NCBI GenBank assembly: GCA_963828255.1
Contig: CAWHDZ010000008.1
Span: forward strand, 32,001 to 96,000
Source: an uncultured delta proteobacterium
Lineage (GTDB): Bacteria > Myxococcota > Myxococcia > Myxococcales > Anaeromyxobacteraceae
Length of the DNA: 64,000 nucleotides
Direction of reading: 5' to 3'
Positions 49,650 to 60,928 of this stretch are shown one piece after another; the stretch's first letter is position 1; the number at the start of each line of letters is the position of its first letter. The notes beneath the pieces were generated by a model. The model was not told where the DNA came from, did no database searches, and worked only from the letters and a program-made list of their open reading frames with translations. A program made the position numbers and the translations under genes.

Positions 49650-50792
49650 ATGCGTCTCGCCGTCCTCGCCGTCCTCGCCGTCGCCGCCCTCGCCGTGCCC
49701 GCCACCCCCGCCGTCGCCGCGGAGGAGCTCAAGATCGGCGCGCTCCTCTCCGTCACCGGCCCGGCCGCCTTCCTGGGCGCCCCGGAGGCCCGCACGCTCG
49801 AGATGCTCACCGAGCAGGTGAACGCCAGGGGCGGGATCGCCGGCCACAAGGTGAAGCTCATCGTGAAGGACACCGGGGCCTCTCCCGAGAAAGCGGTCTC
49901 CTTCGCGCGCCAGCTCATCGACGAGGAGAAGGTCTTCGCCATCATCGGGCCGTCCACCTCCGGGGAGACCATGGCGGTGAAGGGCATCGCCGAGGAGGGG
50001 AAGACGCTGCTCATCTCGCTGGCGGCCGCCGAGGTGATCGTGAACCCGGTTGCCTCCCATGTCTTCAAGACCGCCCAGAAGGACAGCCACGCGGCGGCGC
50101 TCATCTTCCAGGACATGAAGAAGCGGGGCATCACCCGCATCGCCGTCTTCTCCTCCAACACCGGCTTCGGAAAGGCCGGCAAGGAGCAGATCGCGAAGCT
50201 GGCCCCCGAGTACGGACTCCAGATCGTCCTCGACGAGGTCTACGACAAGGCCGCCACCGACCTCTCGGCCGAGGCCACCAAGCTGAAGGGCGCGAGCGCC
50301 CAGGCGGTCCTCAACTGGTCCATCGAGCCGGCCCAGTCGATCCTGGTGAAGAACATCCGCCAGCTCGGGCTCACCCTCCCCATCTACCAGAGCCACGGCT
50401 TCGGGAACCTGGCCTACGCCAAGGCGGCCGGCGCCGCCGCCGAGGGCGTGATCTTCCCGCTCGGGCGGCTGGCCGTCGCCGACGCGCTCCCGGCCGGAGA
50501 TCCCCAGAAGGCGGTGCTCGTGGCCTACCGCGACGCCTACCAGAAGAAGTACGGCGAGGAGGTGAGCGGCTTCGGCGGCTACGCCTGGGACGCCTTCCAG
50601 CTCCTCGCCGCCGCGGTGGAGAAGGTCGGCCTCGACAGGGCCAAGGTCCGCACCGCGCTGGAGAACACCCAGGGCTTCGTGGGGCAGAGCGGCGTCTTCC
50701 GCTTCTCGGCCGCCGACCACAACGGCCTGGGGCTCGACTCCTTCGAGATGCTCACCGTGAAGGACGGCAAGTTCGTCCCGCTGGCCAAGTGA
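49650..50792 (+). CDS. LIV-type ABC transporter substrate-binding protein 1
   Basis: Signal peptide; KIGALLSVTGPAAFLG; IIGPSTSG; QSHG. Confidence 0.9.
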   Translation: MRLAVLAVLAVAALAVPATPAVAAEELKIGALLSVTGPAAFLGAPEARTLEMLTEQVNARGGIAGHKVKLIVKDTGASPEKAVSFARQLIDEEKVFAIIGPSTSGETMAVKGIAEEGKTLLISLAAAEVIVNPVASHVFKTAQKDSHAAALIFQDMKKRGITRIAVFSSNTGFGKAGKEQIAKLAPEYGLQIVLDEVYDKAATDLSAEATKLKGASAQAVLNWSIEPAQSILVKNIRQLGLTLPIYQSHGFGNLAYAKAAGAAAEGVIFPLGRLAVADALPAGDPQKAVLVAYRDAYQKKYGEEVSGFGGYAWDAFQLLAAAVEKVGLDRAKVRTALENTQGFVGQSGVFRFSAADHNGLGLDSFEMLTVKDGKFVPLAK

Positions 50793-50803
50793 GGGATCGC
50801 CCC

Positions 50804-51946
50804 ATGACCCGCACCTTCCCGGTCGCAGCCCTCGCCGCCCTCGCCCTCGTCCCCTCGCTGGCGCTCGCCGCTCCCGAGCCCATCAAGGTGGGGGCGCTCC
50901 TCGCCGTCACCGGCCCGGCCTCCTTCCTGGGCGCTCCGGAGGCCCGCACGCTGGAGATGCGCGTGCAGGAGCTGAACGCCCGGGGCGGGATCGGCGGCCG
51001 CCCGATCCAGCTCATCATCAAGGACACCGGCGCCTCCCCGGAGAAGGCGGTCTCCTTCGCCAGGCAGCTCATCGAGGAGGAGAAGGTCTTCGCCATCCTG
51101 GGGCCGTCCACCTCGGGCGAGTCGATGGCCGTGAAGGGGCTCTGCGAGGAGGGCAAGACGCTGCTCCTCTCCATGGCCGCGGCCGAGGCCATCGTGAACC
51201 CGGTCCTCCCCCACGTCTTCAAGGTGGCGCCCCGCGACAGCTTCGCCGTCGAGGTGATCTTCCAGCGCATGAAGAAGTCCGGGATCACCCGCATCGGCTT
51301 CCTCTCCTCCAACACCGGCTTCGGCAAGGGCGGCAAGGAGCAGGTGGAGAAGCTGGCGGCGCAGTACGGCATCACGCTGGCGGTGAACGACGTCTACGAC
51401 AAGAGCGCCACCGACCTCACCGCCGAGGTGACCAAGCTCAAGGCGGCCAACGTCCAGGCCATCCTCAACTGGTCCATCGAGCCGGCCCAGTCGATCGTGG
51501 TGAAGAACGCCCGGCAGCTCGGCCTCACCGTCCCCATCTTCCAGAGCCACGGCTTCGCGAATCTACAGTACGTGAAGGCCGCCGGCAGCGCCGCCGAGGG
51601 GGTGATCTTCCCGGCCAGCCGCATCGTGGTGTCGGGCGAGCTCGCGGCCGGCAATCCGCAGAAGCCGGTGGTCGAGGCCTACCGGAAGGCCTACGAGGCC
51701 CGCTACGGCGAGGAGGTCTCCACCTTCGGCGGCCACGCCTGGGACGCCTTCGGCATCCTGGTGGCGGCCATCGAGCAGGTGGGGCCCGATCGGGTGAAGG
51801 TCCGCGCCGCGGTGGAGAACATGAAGGGGTTCGTGGGGACGGCCGGGGTCTTCAACTTCTCGCCCACCGACCACAACGGCCTCGACATCGGCGCCTTCGA
51901 GCTCTGCACGGTGAAGAACGGGCGCTTCGCCCCGCTCGGCAACTGA
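50804..51946 (+). CDS. LIV-type ABC transporter substrate-binding protein 2
   Basis: Close tandem paralog of the preceding gene. Confidence 0.9.
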   Translation: MTRTFPVAALAALALVPSLALAAPEPIKVGALLAVTGPASFLGAPEARTLEMRVQELNARGGIGGRPIQLIIKDTGASPEKAVSFARQLIEEEKVFAILGPSTSGESMAVKGLCEEGKTLLLSMAAAEAIVNPVLPHVFKVAPRDSFAVEVIFQRMKKSGITRIGFLSSNTGFGKGGKEQVEKLAAQYGITLAVNDVYDKSATDLTAEVTKLKAANVQAILNWSIEPAQSIVVKNARQLGLTVPIFQSHGFANLQYVKAAGSAAEGVIFPASRIVVSGELAAGNPQKPVVEAYRKAYEARYGEEVSTFGGHAWDAFGILVAAIEQVGPDRVKVRAAVENMKGFVGTAGVFNFSPTDHNGLDIGAFELCTVKNGRFAPLGN

Positions 51947-51969
51947 GCGGCGACGACGACGCTTTCGGA

Positions 51970-52860
51970 ATGACCCTCGACCTCGCGCTCCAGTACCTCG
52001 TCGCGGGGCTGACCTACGGGGCGATCTACGCCGTCGTCGCCATCGGCTTCAACATCGTCTACAGCGCCACCGGGATCATCAACTTCGCCCAGGGCGAGTT
52101 CGTCATGCTGGGCGGCATGCTGGCGGTGCAGCTCTCCCGCTCCGTGCCGCTCCCGGCGGCGGTGGCGCTCTCCGTGGCCATCACCGCCGCGGTGGGTGCG
52201 CTCGTCGAGGTGGCCTTCATCCGCTGGCTCCGCAAGCCCACCGTGCTGCGCATGGTGGTCATCACCATCGGCGTCTCGATCCTGCTCCGCGAGGGGGCGC
52301 TCTTCCTGTGGGGCGAGGGGGTCCGCTCGCTCCCCTACTTCACCGGCGACGAGGTCTCCTCGGTTGGGATCCTGGGGGCGCGCATCTCGCCGCAGGTCTT
52401 CTGGGTGCTCGGCACGGTGGCCCTCATCGTGGCGGTGCTGGAGTGGTTCTACCGGCGCACGCTGCTCGGATGGGAGATGCAGGCCTGCGCCGCAAACAAG
52501 GACGCCGCGGCGCTCTGCGGCGTGCCGGTGCGGAGGCTCGTCACCCTCTCCTTCGCCATGGCCGCGGCCATCGGCGCACTGGCCGGGGCGGTGGTCTCCC
52601 CCATCACCTACACCTCCTACGCGGCGGGGGGACCGCTCGCCATCAAGGGCTTCACGGTCGCCATCCTGGGCGGCCTGGGCAACTCGGGCGGCGCGGTGGC
52701 GGCCGGGCTGGCGCTCGGGGTGGTCGAGTCCTTCGCGGTCTCGGTGCTCCCGGCCGCCTACAAGGACGTGGTCACCCTCTCCCTCCTGCTCGCCGTGCTG
52801 GTGGTCCGCCCCAGCGGGCTCTTCGCGAGCGGCGAGGCCGCCCGCCTGAAGGAGTTCTAG
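51970..52860 (+). CDS. livH: LIV-type ABC permease (LivH-like)
   Basis: GAIYAVVAIGF...GIINFAQG; KGFTVAILGGLG. Confidence 0.9.
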   Translation: MTLDLALQYLVAGLTYGAIYAVVAIGFNIVYSATGIINFAQGEFVMLGGMLAVQLSRSVPLPAAVALSVAITAAVGALVEVAFIRWLRKPTVLRMVVITIGVSILLREGALFLWGEGVRSLPYFTGDEVSSVGILGARISPQVFWVLGTVALIVAVLEWFYRRTLLGWEMQACAANKDAAALCGVPVRRLVTLSFAMAAAIGALAGAVVSPITYTSYAAGGPLAIKGFTVAILGGLGNSGGAVAAGLALGVVESFAVSVLPAAYKDVVTLSLLLAVLVVRPSGLFASGEAARLKEF

Positions 52861-52863
52861 GCC

Positions 52864-53943
52864 GTGCGCCTCCCCGCACCGGTACGGGTGGCCCTCCTCG
52901 CCGCGGCCGTGGTCGCGGTCCAGCTCGCCACCCAGGCCTCCGGCAAGGGCTTCTACCTGACCCAGCTCACCATGACCGCCTACTACGCGCTGGTCGTGGT
53001 GGGGCTCTCGCTCCTCATGGGATACGCCGGGCAGATCTCGCTCGGGCAGGCCGGGTTCTTCGCCATCGGCGGCTACACGGCCGCCTTCGTCGCCACGGTG
53101 GACCTCTCGGCCCAGGCGTCGCTCCCGGCCATCGGGCTCCTCACCCGGCTCGGGCTGCTGGCGGCCCGGCCCGATCTCTACGGCGGACAGACACTGGGGG
53201 TGAACCCATGGGCGGGGCTCCTGCTGGGGGTGTCGCTCGCCTCCGGGGTGGCCTTCGCGGTGGGGGTGCCGGTGCTGCGGCTGCGCGGCCACTACCTGGC
53301 CATGGCCACGCTGGCCTTCGGGACCATCGTGTCGGCGGTGGTGGTGGGCACCCAGCGGCTCGGGGCGGCCGACGGCATCTCCGGCGTGCCCCCCTTCCCC
53401 ATCCTCCCCGGGGTCCGCATCGGCGGCGGGTCGTCCGACCGGGTGGTGAACTACTACCTGGCCTGGGGGCTCGTGGCGCTCTCCATGCTGCTCCTCGGAA
53501 ACCTGGTCGGCTCCCGCACCGGCCGGGCCCTGCGGGCCATCCACGGAGCCGAGGACGCGGCGCGGGCCATGGGGGTGGACGCGGCCCGGCTGAAGGTCCG
53601 CGTCTTCGTCCTGGCGGCGGCCATGGCGTCGGCCGCCGGCGTGCTCCTCACCCACTACGTGGGCGGCATCGGCCCCTCCGAGACCTCGGCCATGAAGTCG
53701 GTCCGCTACGTGGCCATGGTGGCGGTGGGCGGCATGGGGAGCCTGTGGGGCGCGCTCTCGGCCGCGGCGGTGCTCGAGTTCCTCTCCCTGCGCGGCGTCT
53801 TCGGCGCCCACGACGACGCGGTCTTCGGCGGGATCCTGCTCCTCGTCATGCTCTTCGCTCCCGACGGGATCCTGAACTTCAGGGTCGGCGGGATCCTGGC
53901 GCGGCTGCGTGGCCGGCCGGCCGGATCCGGGGAGGGCGCGTGA
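52864..53943 (+). CDS. livM: LIV-type ABC permease (LivM-like)
   Basis: GYAGQISLGQAGFF; LRLRGHYLAMAT; GRALRAI. Confidence 0.9.
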   Translation: MRLPAPVRVALLAAAVVAVQLATQASGKGFYLTQLTMTAYYALVVVGLSLLMGYAGQISLGQAGFFAIGGYTAAFVATVDLSAQASLPAIGLLTRLGLLAARPDLYGGQTLGVNPWAGLLLGVSLASGVAFAVGVPVLRLRGHYLAMATLAFGTIVSAVVVGTQRLGAADGISGVPPFPILPGVRIGGGSSDRVVNYYLAWGLVALSMLLLGNLVGSRTGRALRAIHGAEDAARAMGVDAARLKVRVFVLAAAMASAAGVLLTHYVGGIGPSETSAMKSVRYVAMVAVGGMGSLWGALSAAAVLEFLSLRGVFGAHDDAVFGGILLLVMLFAPDGILNFRVGGILARLRGRPAGSGEGA

Positions 53944-54697
53944 ACCTCCTCGAGGTGAGCGGCATCTCCCGGCGGTTCGGGGGGGTGCAGGCGGTGAAGG
54001 GGGTCTCCTTCCGCGTCCGCAAGGGGGCGGTCAAGGCGGTCATCGGCCCGAACGGCGCCGGCAAGACCACCCTCTTCGACCTGCTCTCCGGATTCCGCGC
54101 CCCCGACGAGGGCACCATCCGCTTCGAGGACCGGGAGATCCAAGGAAGGGCCCCGCACGAGGTGGCCGCCCTCGGCATCTCCCGCACCTTCCAGAATCTG
54201 AAGCTGTTCGGCCACATGACGGCGCTCGAGAACGTGATGGTGGGGCGTCACGTGCGAAGCCGGGCCGGGATGCTGGCCGGGATGTTCTCGCCCCCCGGGG
54301 CACGCCGCGAGGAGCGGGAGATCGAGGAGCGTGCCCGCGCCGAGATGCGCTTCCTGGGGGTGGAGCCCCTGGCCCGCTCCCCGGCGGGAAGCCTGGCCTA
54401 CGGCCAGCAGCGGGCCGTCGAGCTGGCCCGCGCCCTCTGCGCCGAGCCCACGCTCCTGCTCCTCGACGAGCCGGCGGCGGGGCTCAACATGCGGGAGACC
54501 GGCGAGCTGGCCGACCAGGTGCTGCGCATCCGCGAGAGGGGCGTCACCGTGCTCCTCGTCGAGCACGACATGTCGCTCGTCATGCGCATCTCCGACGAGG
54601 TGGCCGTGCTCTGCTTCGGGCAGAAGATCGCCGACGCCGACCCGCGCTCGGTGCAGCGCAACCCGGAGGTCGTCCGGGTCTACCTGGGTGAAGACTG

Positions 54698-54698
<1 letters not shown>
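53940..54698 (+). CDS. livG: LIV-type ABC ATPase (LivG-like)
   Basis: GPNGAGKT, RTFQN, LAYGQQR, LLDEPAAG, VEHDM. Confidence 0.92.
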
Positions 54699-55419
<721 letters not shown>

Positions 55420-55423
<4 letters not shown>

Positions 55424-56697
55424 CCGGAAAGCCGGATCGAGAGACGATGGACCGCGAGGAGATCGGGCAGCTCCAGCTGGAGCGGCTCGAGGCCACCCTC
55501 AACCGGGCGCAGAGGAGCGTGCCCTTCTACCGGCGCCGCTTCGCCGAGGCGGGCTTCGAGGCCGAGGGGCTGCGCTCCCTCGACGACCTGCGCCGGCTCC
55601 CCTTCACCACGAAGCGCGACCTGCGCGACAACCACCCCTACGGCATGTTCGCCGTGCCGCTGCGGGACGTGGTCCGGGTGCACGCCTCCTCGGGGACGAC
55701 CGGTCTCGCCACCGCGGTGGGCTACACCCGCAACGACCTGCGATCCTGGTCGGACCTGGTGGCCCGGGTGCTGGTGGCTGGCGGGGTGGGCAAGGACGAC
55801 GTGGTGCAGGTGGCCTTCGACTACGGCCTCTTCACCGGCGCCTTCGGTTTCCACCAGGGGGCGGAGCTCCTGGGCGCGTCGGTGATCCCGGTCTCCTCGG
55901 CGAGCGCCCGGCGCCAGCTGGGGATCATGAAGGACTACCGGAGCACCGCGCTCGTCTGCACGCCCAGCTACGCCATGACGCTGGCCGACGCCGCCATCGA
56001 GGCCGGCCTGAAGCCCGGCACGCTGTCCCTGCGTCACGGGCTCTTCGGGGCCGAGCCCTGGTCGGAGTCGATGCGGGCCGACCTGCAGGCGAAGCTCAAG
56101 CTCGTGGCCACCGACAACTACGGCCTCTCCGAGGTGGGCGGTCCGGGGCTGGCCGGCGAGTGCCTGGACCGGCGCGGGCTCCACGTGGCCGAGGACCACT
56201 TCCTCGTCGAGGTGGTGGACCCGGAGACCCTGGCCCCGGTTCCCGACGGCACGGTGGGTGAACTGGTCGTGACCACCCTCACCCGGGAGGCCATGCCGGT
56301 CGTCCGCTTCCGGACCCACGACCTGGCCTCTCTCGCCCGCGTGCCCTGCGCCTGCGGCCGGACCATGGCCCGCATGAGCCGCGTGAAGGGGCGCACCGAC
56401 GACCTCATCCTCGTGAAGGGGGCGCGGTTCTTCCCCTCGGAGATCGAGGCGGTGCTCCTCGAGGTGGAGGGGACCGAGCCCCACTACGAGATCGTGCTGG
56501 AGCGGCGGCACGGGGGGGACGAGGCGCTGGTCCGCGTGGAGGCCGCCACCCCGGGCGACGAGAACCTGCGCGGTGCCGTCGAGCGCAGGCTCGCCTCCGA
56601 GCTGGGGGTGGCCGTCGCGGTCGAACTCGTCGCCCGGAGGGCGCTCCCGCGCTCGGAGGGGAAGGCCAGGCGGGTGATCGACCGGAGACGGGCCTGA
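55420..56697 (+). CDS. paaK: Phenylacetate-CoA ligase family, paralog 3
   Basis: [41 protein letters not shown] overlaps the livF stop. Confidence 0.9.
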
Positions 56698-56742
56698 TTC
56701 GCGGACCGGTCCTGAGGACGACGCCGGGGGCGAGGACGAGAA

Positions 56743-56769
56743 GGCGCCGGGCCCGTGGGACCCGGCGCC
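56743..56769. terminator. GC hairpin between convergent paaK3 and fadL-like genes
   Basis: GGCGCCGGG...CCCGGCGCC 9-bp stem; TTCT follows on the minus strand. Confidence 0.55.
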
Positions 56770-56793
56770 GGTGCTGGACGGAGCGGCCGCCGG

Positions 56794-58131
56794 CTAGAAG
56801 GTCACCGAGACGCCGGCCTCCAGGGTGTAGCCGGAGGCGCTGATCGTCGAGGAGAACGTCCCCTGCGGCACCGGCTGGCCGACGATGGGCGCGAGGTTGG
56901 GCAGCTGGGCCGTTCCCGAGATGTTGTTCTCGAACCCGATCACGCTCGCAAGGTTGAGCACGATGGCCTTCGTCACCTGGAAGCCGGCGCCGAGCGTGAG
57001 GTGGCTCTCGGCGATGGCGGGGAAGGCGACGTTCTCGAGGGCCCGGTCCGGGTCCGCCGGCGACTTGCCGTAGTTGAAGCCGGCGCGGAGCTTCACGAAG
57101 TCGGCCGCCCCGGGCAGCTGCCCCTGGACCCCCACCTTGAAGACCCACTGGTCGCTCCAGTTGGTGCTGAAGGGGAAGAACTGCGAGGTCGCCGTGGCGG
57201 AGCCGTTCACGAAGGAGGGCTGGCCGACGCCCAGGGTGGTCGACCAGGCGATGTACTGGACGTCCCCCACCAGCACGAGGAGGCCGTCGAGGAGGGTGAC
57301 CTGGACGCCGAGGGTGCCGCTCCAGGGCAGGTTGAACTGGAGCTCCTCCTGGCCTCCCGGGAGCCCCGGCGGGAACGGGACGGCGCCGAGCGGGCTCGAG
57401 GGGCCGATGTTGTACTTGAAGGGCTGGAACCAGGTCGGCGACTCGTAGGCCAGGCCGATGGAGAGGAAGGGCAGCGGCTGGACCTTTGCGCCCAGCGTGA
57501 AGCCGATCCCGAACGAGCTCGCGACGGGGTGCGGCGGCAGGCCCACGCTGGCGCCGAACGAGTAGCCCAGCATGGCCCAGGATGCGTTCAGGCTGGCGCC
57601 CAGCGCGAGGAGGCCGTCCATGAGCCGGTAGGAGGCGCCGATCGGGAAGCGGAAGTTCAGGTAGGTCGACTGGACGGTGCTGGAGAGGAGGTTCGCCGGG
57701 TAGTCGACCCCGGCGCCGGCCATGCTCGCCATGCCGACGCCCAGCCGGAGATCCTTGCCGAACGGGATGACGAGCCCGATGTTCGGGATCGGCACCGGGG
57801 GGAAGTTGCTCTCGATCTGGGTTCCGGGCTGGTTGACGATGAGGCGCCCGAGCTCCTCGAGGGCCGGGACGCCGGTGCCGAGGTAGCTGTTCGTGGCCGA
57901 GTACTTGATCGTGGTCGGGAAGTACGCCGCCCCGAAGTCCGTGCGGCCACCCAGGTCGCTCAGCGTGGCGGGGTTGAGCACGAGCGCGGACGAGTCCATC
58001 CCGAACGCCGCTCCCGCGCCGCCCAACGACGCGTTGAGCGGGCTGAAGGCGACCATGCGGAGCCCGTTCGTCGCGAGCGCCGGGCTGGCGACGAGGGCGA
58101 TGGCGATGGCGGCTGCGAGCTTCTTCTTCAT
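56794..58131 (-). CDS. FadL/OmpP1/TodX family outer-membrane channel
   Basis: Signal peptide then ATNG...LGGAG...NPATL hatch motif; LRAGFNYGKSP; C-terminal Phe. Confidence 0.88.
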   Translation of the reverse strand: MKKKLAAAIAIALVASPALATNGLRMVAFSPLNASLGGAGAAFGMDSSALVLNPATLSDLGGRTDFGAAYFPTTIKYSATNSYLGTGVPALEELGRLIVNQPGTQIESNFPPVPIPNIGLVIPFGKDLRLGVGMASMAGAGVDYPANLLSSTVQSTYLNFRFPIGASYRLMDGLLALGASLNASWAMLGYSFGASVGLPPHPVASSFGIGFTLGAKVQPLPFLSIGLAYESPTWFQPFKYNIGPSSPLGAVPFPPGLPGGQEELQFNLPWSGTLGVQVTLLDGLLVLVGDVQYIAWSTTLGVGQPSFVNGSATATSQFFPFSTNWSDQWVFKVGVQGQLPGAADFVKLRAGFNYGKSPADPDRALENVAFPAIAESHLTLGAGFQVTKAIVLNLASVIGFENNISGTAQLPNLAPIVGQPVPQGTFSSTISASGYTLEAGVSVTF

Positions 58132-58226
58132 CTGTTCCTCCCGGACGACGATTGACTTCACGTTCCGTTACTGGATCAAGCCACGGGCTCCTCGCCCGTC
58201 AACTTCTTTTCGGCGGGCGCCGGGAG

Positions 58227-59384
58227 CTATGGCCGGATGGTCGCGACGACGCCCAGGTGGTCGGACGAGTAGAGCGGCGGCGTTCCGCTCGTCTGGTCGC
58301 TCGTCCCGAACGTCGACATCGAGACCGGCGTTCCGTCCCAGGTGAGGACGAGGTCGAGCCGCTGCGACAGCGTCCGGGTGGTGAGGTCCGTGTCGTCGCC
58401 CCAGGTGAGCCCCACGGCCGTGCCGTTCGTCGCCGTCCAGGCGTCGTCGAGCGGGGAGGTCGTGCCCACGAGCGGCGCGAGCTCCGGGATGCCCAGGTTC
58501 GGGAACGGGATGGCCCCCGTCAGGTAGTTGTAGGTGGTCCGGAGCGGGTCGGTCGGCGGCGCCTCGGCCTGGCTGTTGAAGTCTCCCAGGACGATGGTCG
58601 GGATCGGGTTCTCGACCCGGCGGGGGACGACCTGGGTGCCGATGAGCTCGCCGGCCTGGGCGAGCTGGAAGATGAACGGCGGGACGTCGGGCGGCGTCGG
58701 CAGCTCCTGGACCTCGAGGTGGGTCTCGAAGACCCGGTACCACTGGCCGTCCTTCTCGACCTCGACGACGTTCCAGGCGCGGTAGTCGGGGATCACGAAC
58801 GACGTGCCGGGGATGGGGAACTCGATGCCGGCGGCGTACAGGCCGCCGTCGGCGTTCCGGGTGGCCAGCCCGGAGCGGACCAGGATGACGTCCCGGTCCG
58901 TGTAGCGGACGTCGAAGGGGGGGGTCGAAAGCGTCGGGTCCACGGCGCAGAGCTCGGCGTCGAGGGACTGCGTCTCCTGGGCGACCTGGTAGGAGAGCCC
59001 CTTCGCCTGGAGCTCGGAGAGGAGGAGCCTCAGGAAGTCGTACTGCACGACGGAGGCGGTGGGATCGGCGGGGTTCGCGCCGGCGCAGACCGCGGCGGGC
59101 CCGGTCCGCCAGAGGGCGACCTCCTGGAGGCCGACGACGTCGGGGGCGACCTTCGCGATGTTGGCCGCGATGACCTTGGCGCGCGCTGGGAAGTCCGTGA
59201 ACTGGACGGTGCTCCACACCTGGAAGGCCGCGACCGCGCCCGCCTGGGCATCCGGGGCCTGGACGACCAGGAAGATGTCGCCTCCCAGATAGAGGTTCTG
59301 GTTCACGACCGTGAGCTGGCTCTCGGTCGTCTCGGTGCAGGCGGCGACGGCGAGGAGGAGGACTGCGGCGAGGGAACGGCGCAT
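58227..59384 (-). CDS. Endonuclease/exonuclease/phosphatase (EEP) family lipoprotein
   Basis: VAAC lipobox; NQNLY, VGLQEV, THLE, GDFNS, RLD, SDH. Confidence 0.85.
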   Translation of the reverse strand: MRRSLAAVLLLAVAACTETTESQLTVVNQNLYLGGDIFLVVQAPDAQAGAVAAFQVWSTVQFTDFPARAKVIAANIAKVAPDVVGLQEVALWRTGPAAVCAGANPADPTASVVQYDFLRLLLSELQAKGLSYQVAQETQSLDAELCAVDPTLSTPPFDVRYTDRDVILVRSGLATRNADGGLYAAGIEFPIPGTSFVIPDYRAWNVVEVEKDGQWYRVFETHLEVQELPTPPDVPPFIFQLAQAGELIGTQVVPRRVENPIPTIVLGDFNSQAEAPPTDPLRTTYNYLTGAIPFPNLGIPELAPLVGTTSPLDDAWTATNGTAVGLTWGDDTDLTTRTLSQRLDLVLTWDGTPVSMSTFGTSDQTSGTPPLYSSDHLGVVATIRP

Positions 59385-59571
59385 CTGGGCTCTCCCGGCG
59401 TTCGGACGGCGCCCCGGCGGCGCGGGCTGCGGGGCCGGGGTCGCGGGTCGCGGAGGTCGCGAGAGGCTACGGGAGTTGAGACGAACCGTGAACGCCCCGT
59501 CAGGGTGCATCCCCGGATCGTCGGACTGCAGGAGGAGCGGCCGCCCCGTCCGTCAACGGTGGATGGCTCTC

Positions 59572-60291
59572 CTACGGCAGGAAGCAGTAGCGGGGCGAGA
59601 GCGCTCCGACCGAGAGCTGGGTCTGCAGCCCGTCGTAGAAGCCCTGGAGCCAGTTGGTGAGCTTCACCGGCTCGGGGGAGTGACCGTTGGTGTTGATCTG
59701 GCGGACCAGGTCCATGCGCGTCCAGCCCGGGTGGACCGGGTCGGCGGTGAAGACCATGGAGCCGAGGATCTTGGGGACCTCGACGGTGCCGGAGGTCTTT
59801 CCGTAGAGCATCTTCACCTCGGTGGGCGCGGTGGGCGTGCCCTGGGTCACGCCGACGCGCCAGGTCACCTCGAAGGTGTAGTTCCTCTCGATGCCGCCGT
59901 GCGGGATCTCCTTGGTGACGAAGTTGACGGGGTACAGGGGATCGGTGACGAGCCAGGCCTCGCAGTCGGTCTCGGTCCGCTCCGGCCAGAAGGCGACGTC
60001 CACGCCGGTGGGGACCTGGAGCACCTGCCACACCTGGGCGAGGGAGAAGGGCACGCAGCCGCGGGCCTTGCGCTCGTTGTAGCTCGGGTTCGCGAGCACG
60101 GCGCGGGCCGGCCCGATCGAGAATGCGCCCGTGCCGGTGGCGGCCTCGCACTCGGCGGGCAGCGCGAGCTCGGTGACGAGGGCCACGGGGCCGAGCCCGG
60201 CCGGGAGATCGGTGTTCTCCGTCCCGCAGGCGGCGAGGAGGAGGGGCACGAGCAGGACGGCCGGGAGGAGGGCTCGGAGGCGTCGATTCAT
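59572..60291 (-). CDS. Hypothetical lipoprotein (possible START/SRPBCC fold)
   Basis: LLAAC lipobox; ARGCVPFSLAQVWQVL, beta strands, C-terminal amphipathic helix. Confidence 0.7.
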   Translation of the reverse strand: MNRRLRALLPAVLLVPLLLAACGTENTDLPAGLGPVALVTELALPAECEAATGTGAFSIGPARAVLANPSYNERKARGCVPFSLAQVWQVLQVPTGVDVAFWPERTETDCEAWLVTDPLYPVNFVTKEIPHGGIERNYTFEVTWRVGVTQGTPTAPTEVKMLYGKTSGTVEVPKILGSMVFTADPVHPGWTRMDLVRQINTNGHSPEPVKLTNWLQGFYDGLQTQLSVGALSPRYCFLP

Positions 60292-60483
60292 GGCTCACAT
60301 TCTAATCGGGATTTGTCCTGCGCACACATCATTGGATTAACCATCAAATACAAGATCTTGCGATCCGATGGCGGATGACGCTTCCGGGTCTCGCCCGAAC
60401 TGGGGGCGAGAATTCGCATCAAAGCTCGCATTCGAACGTCCCGGCGTCGACACCCGGACCGACCCGTGCTCCACTCGCGTTCG

Positions 60484-60921
60484 ATGCGCAAGTCGTCCTC
60501 CATCCGCCTCGGACTGCTCCTCGCGGTCTCCGGGCTCCTCCTCGCTTGCGACGGCGAGAAGCCCCAGGAGAAGCGCTGCGTGGACGACGACGGGCGCTAC
60601 GTGGACGACGCGCTCTGCACGACCGCCGCGCCGGGCGCCCCGGCTTCGGACGGGGGGGTCGCCTCGTCGGCCACCGGAGGATGGGACCAGCCGGACGGAG
60701 GCACGGCCGCGCCCCGGACCGGCGGCTACCACTTCATCTGGATCCCCTACGGCATGTTCGGCGGGATCGGGAGCTACGCGCCCGGCTTCGTCCGCACCGG
60801 GCCCGGCGGAGCGGCCACCTCCGGCGCGGCCACCTCGACCCCGGTGACCCGGGGCGGCTTCGGCGCCACCGGCGCGACCCACTCCGGGTCCTCCTCGTCC
60901 GCGGCCACCGCCGGGAGCTGA
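60484..60921 (+). CDS. YgiB/YjfM-like lipoprotein
   Basis: LLAC lipobox, RCVD...DALC, C-terminal TRGGFGATG; directly precedes the GSP-synthase-like gene. Confidence 0.7.
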   Translation: MRKSSSIRLGLLLAVSGLLLACDGEKPQEKRCVDDDGRYVDDALCTTAAPGAPASDGGVASSATGGWDQPDGGTAAPRTGGYHFIWIPYGMFGGIGSYAPGFVRTGPGGAATSGAATSTPVTRGGFGATGATHSGSSSSAATAGS

Positions 60922-60928
60922 CCCGCCG

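Noticed and set aside
49657..49696. 9-bp tandem repeat CGCCGTCCT
   Set aside because: Encodes LAVLAVLAV in a signal peptide; ordinary in-frame low complexity.
59385..59571. 187-nt GC-rich spacer with GGTCGC repeats as an ncRNA
   Set aside because: No recognisable riboswitch, tRNA or sRNA motif; an Rfam/Infernal scan would be needed to reconsider.
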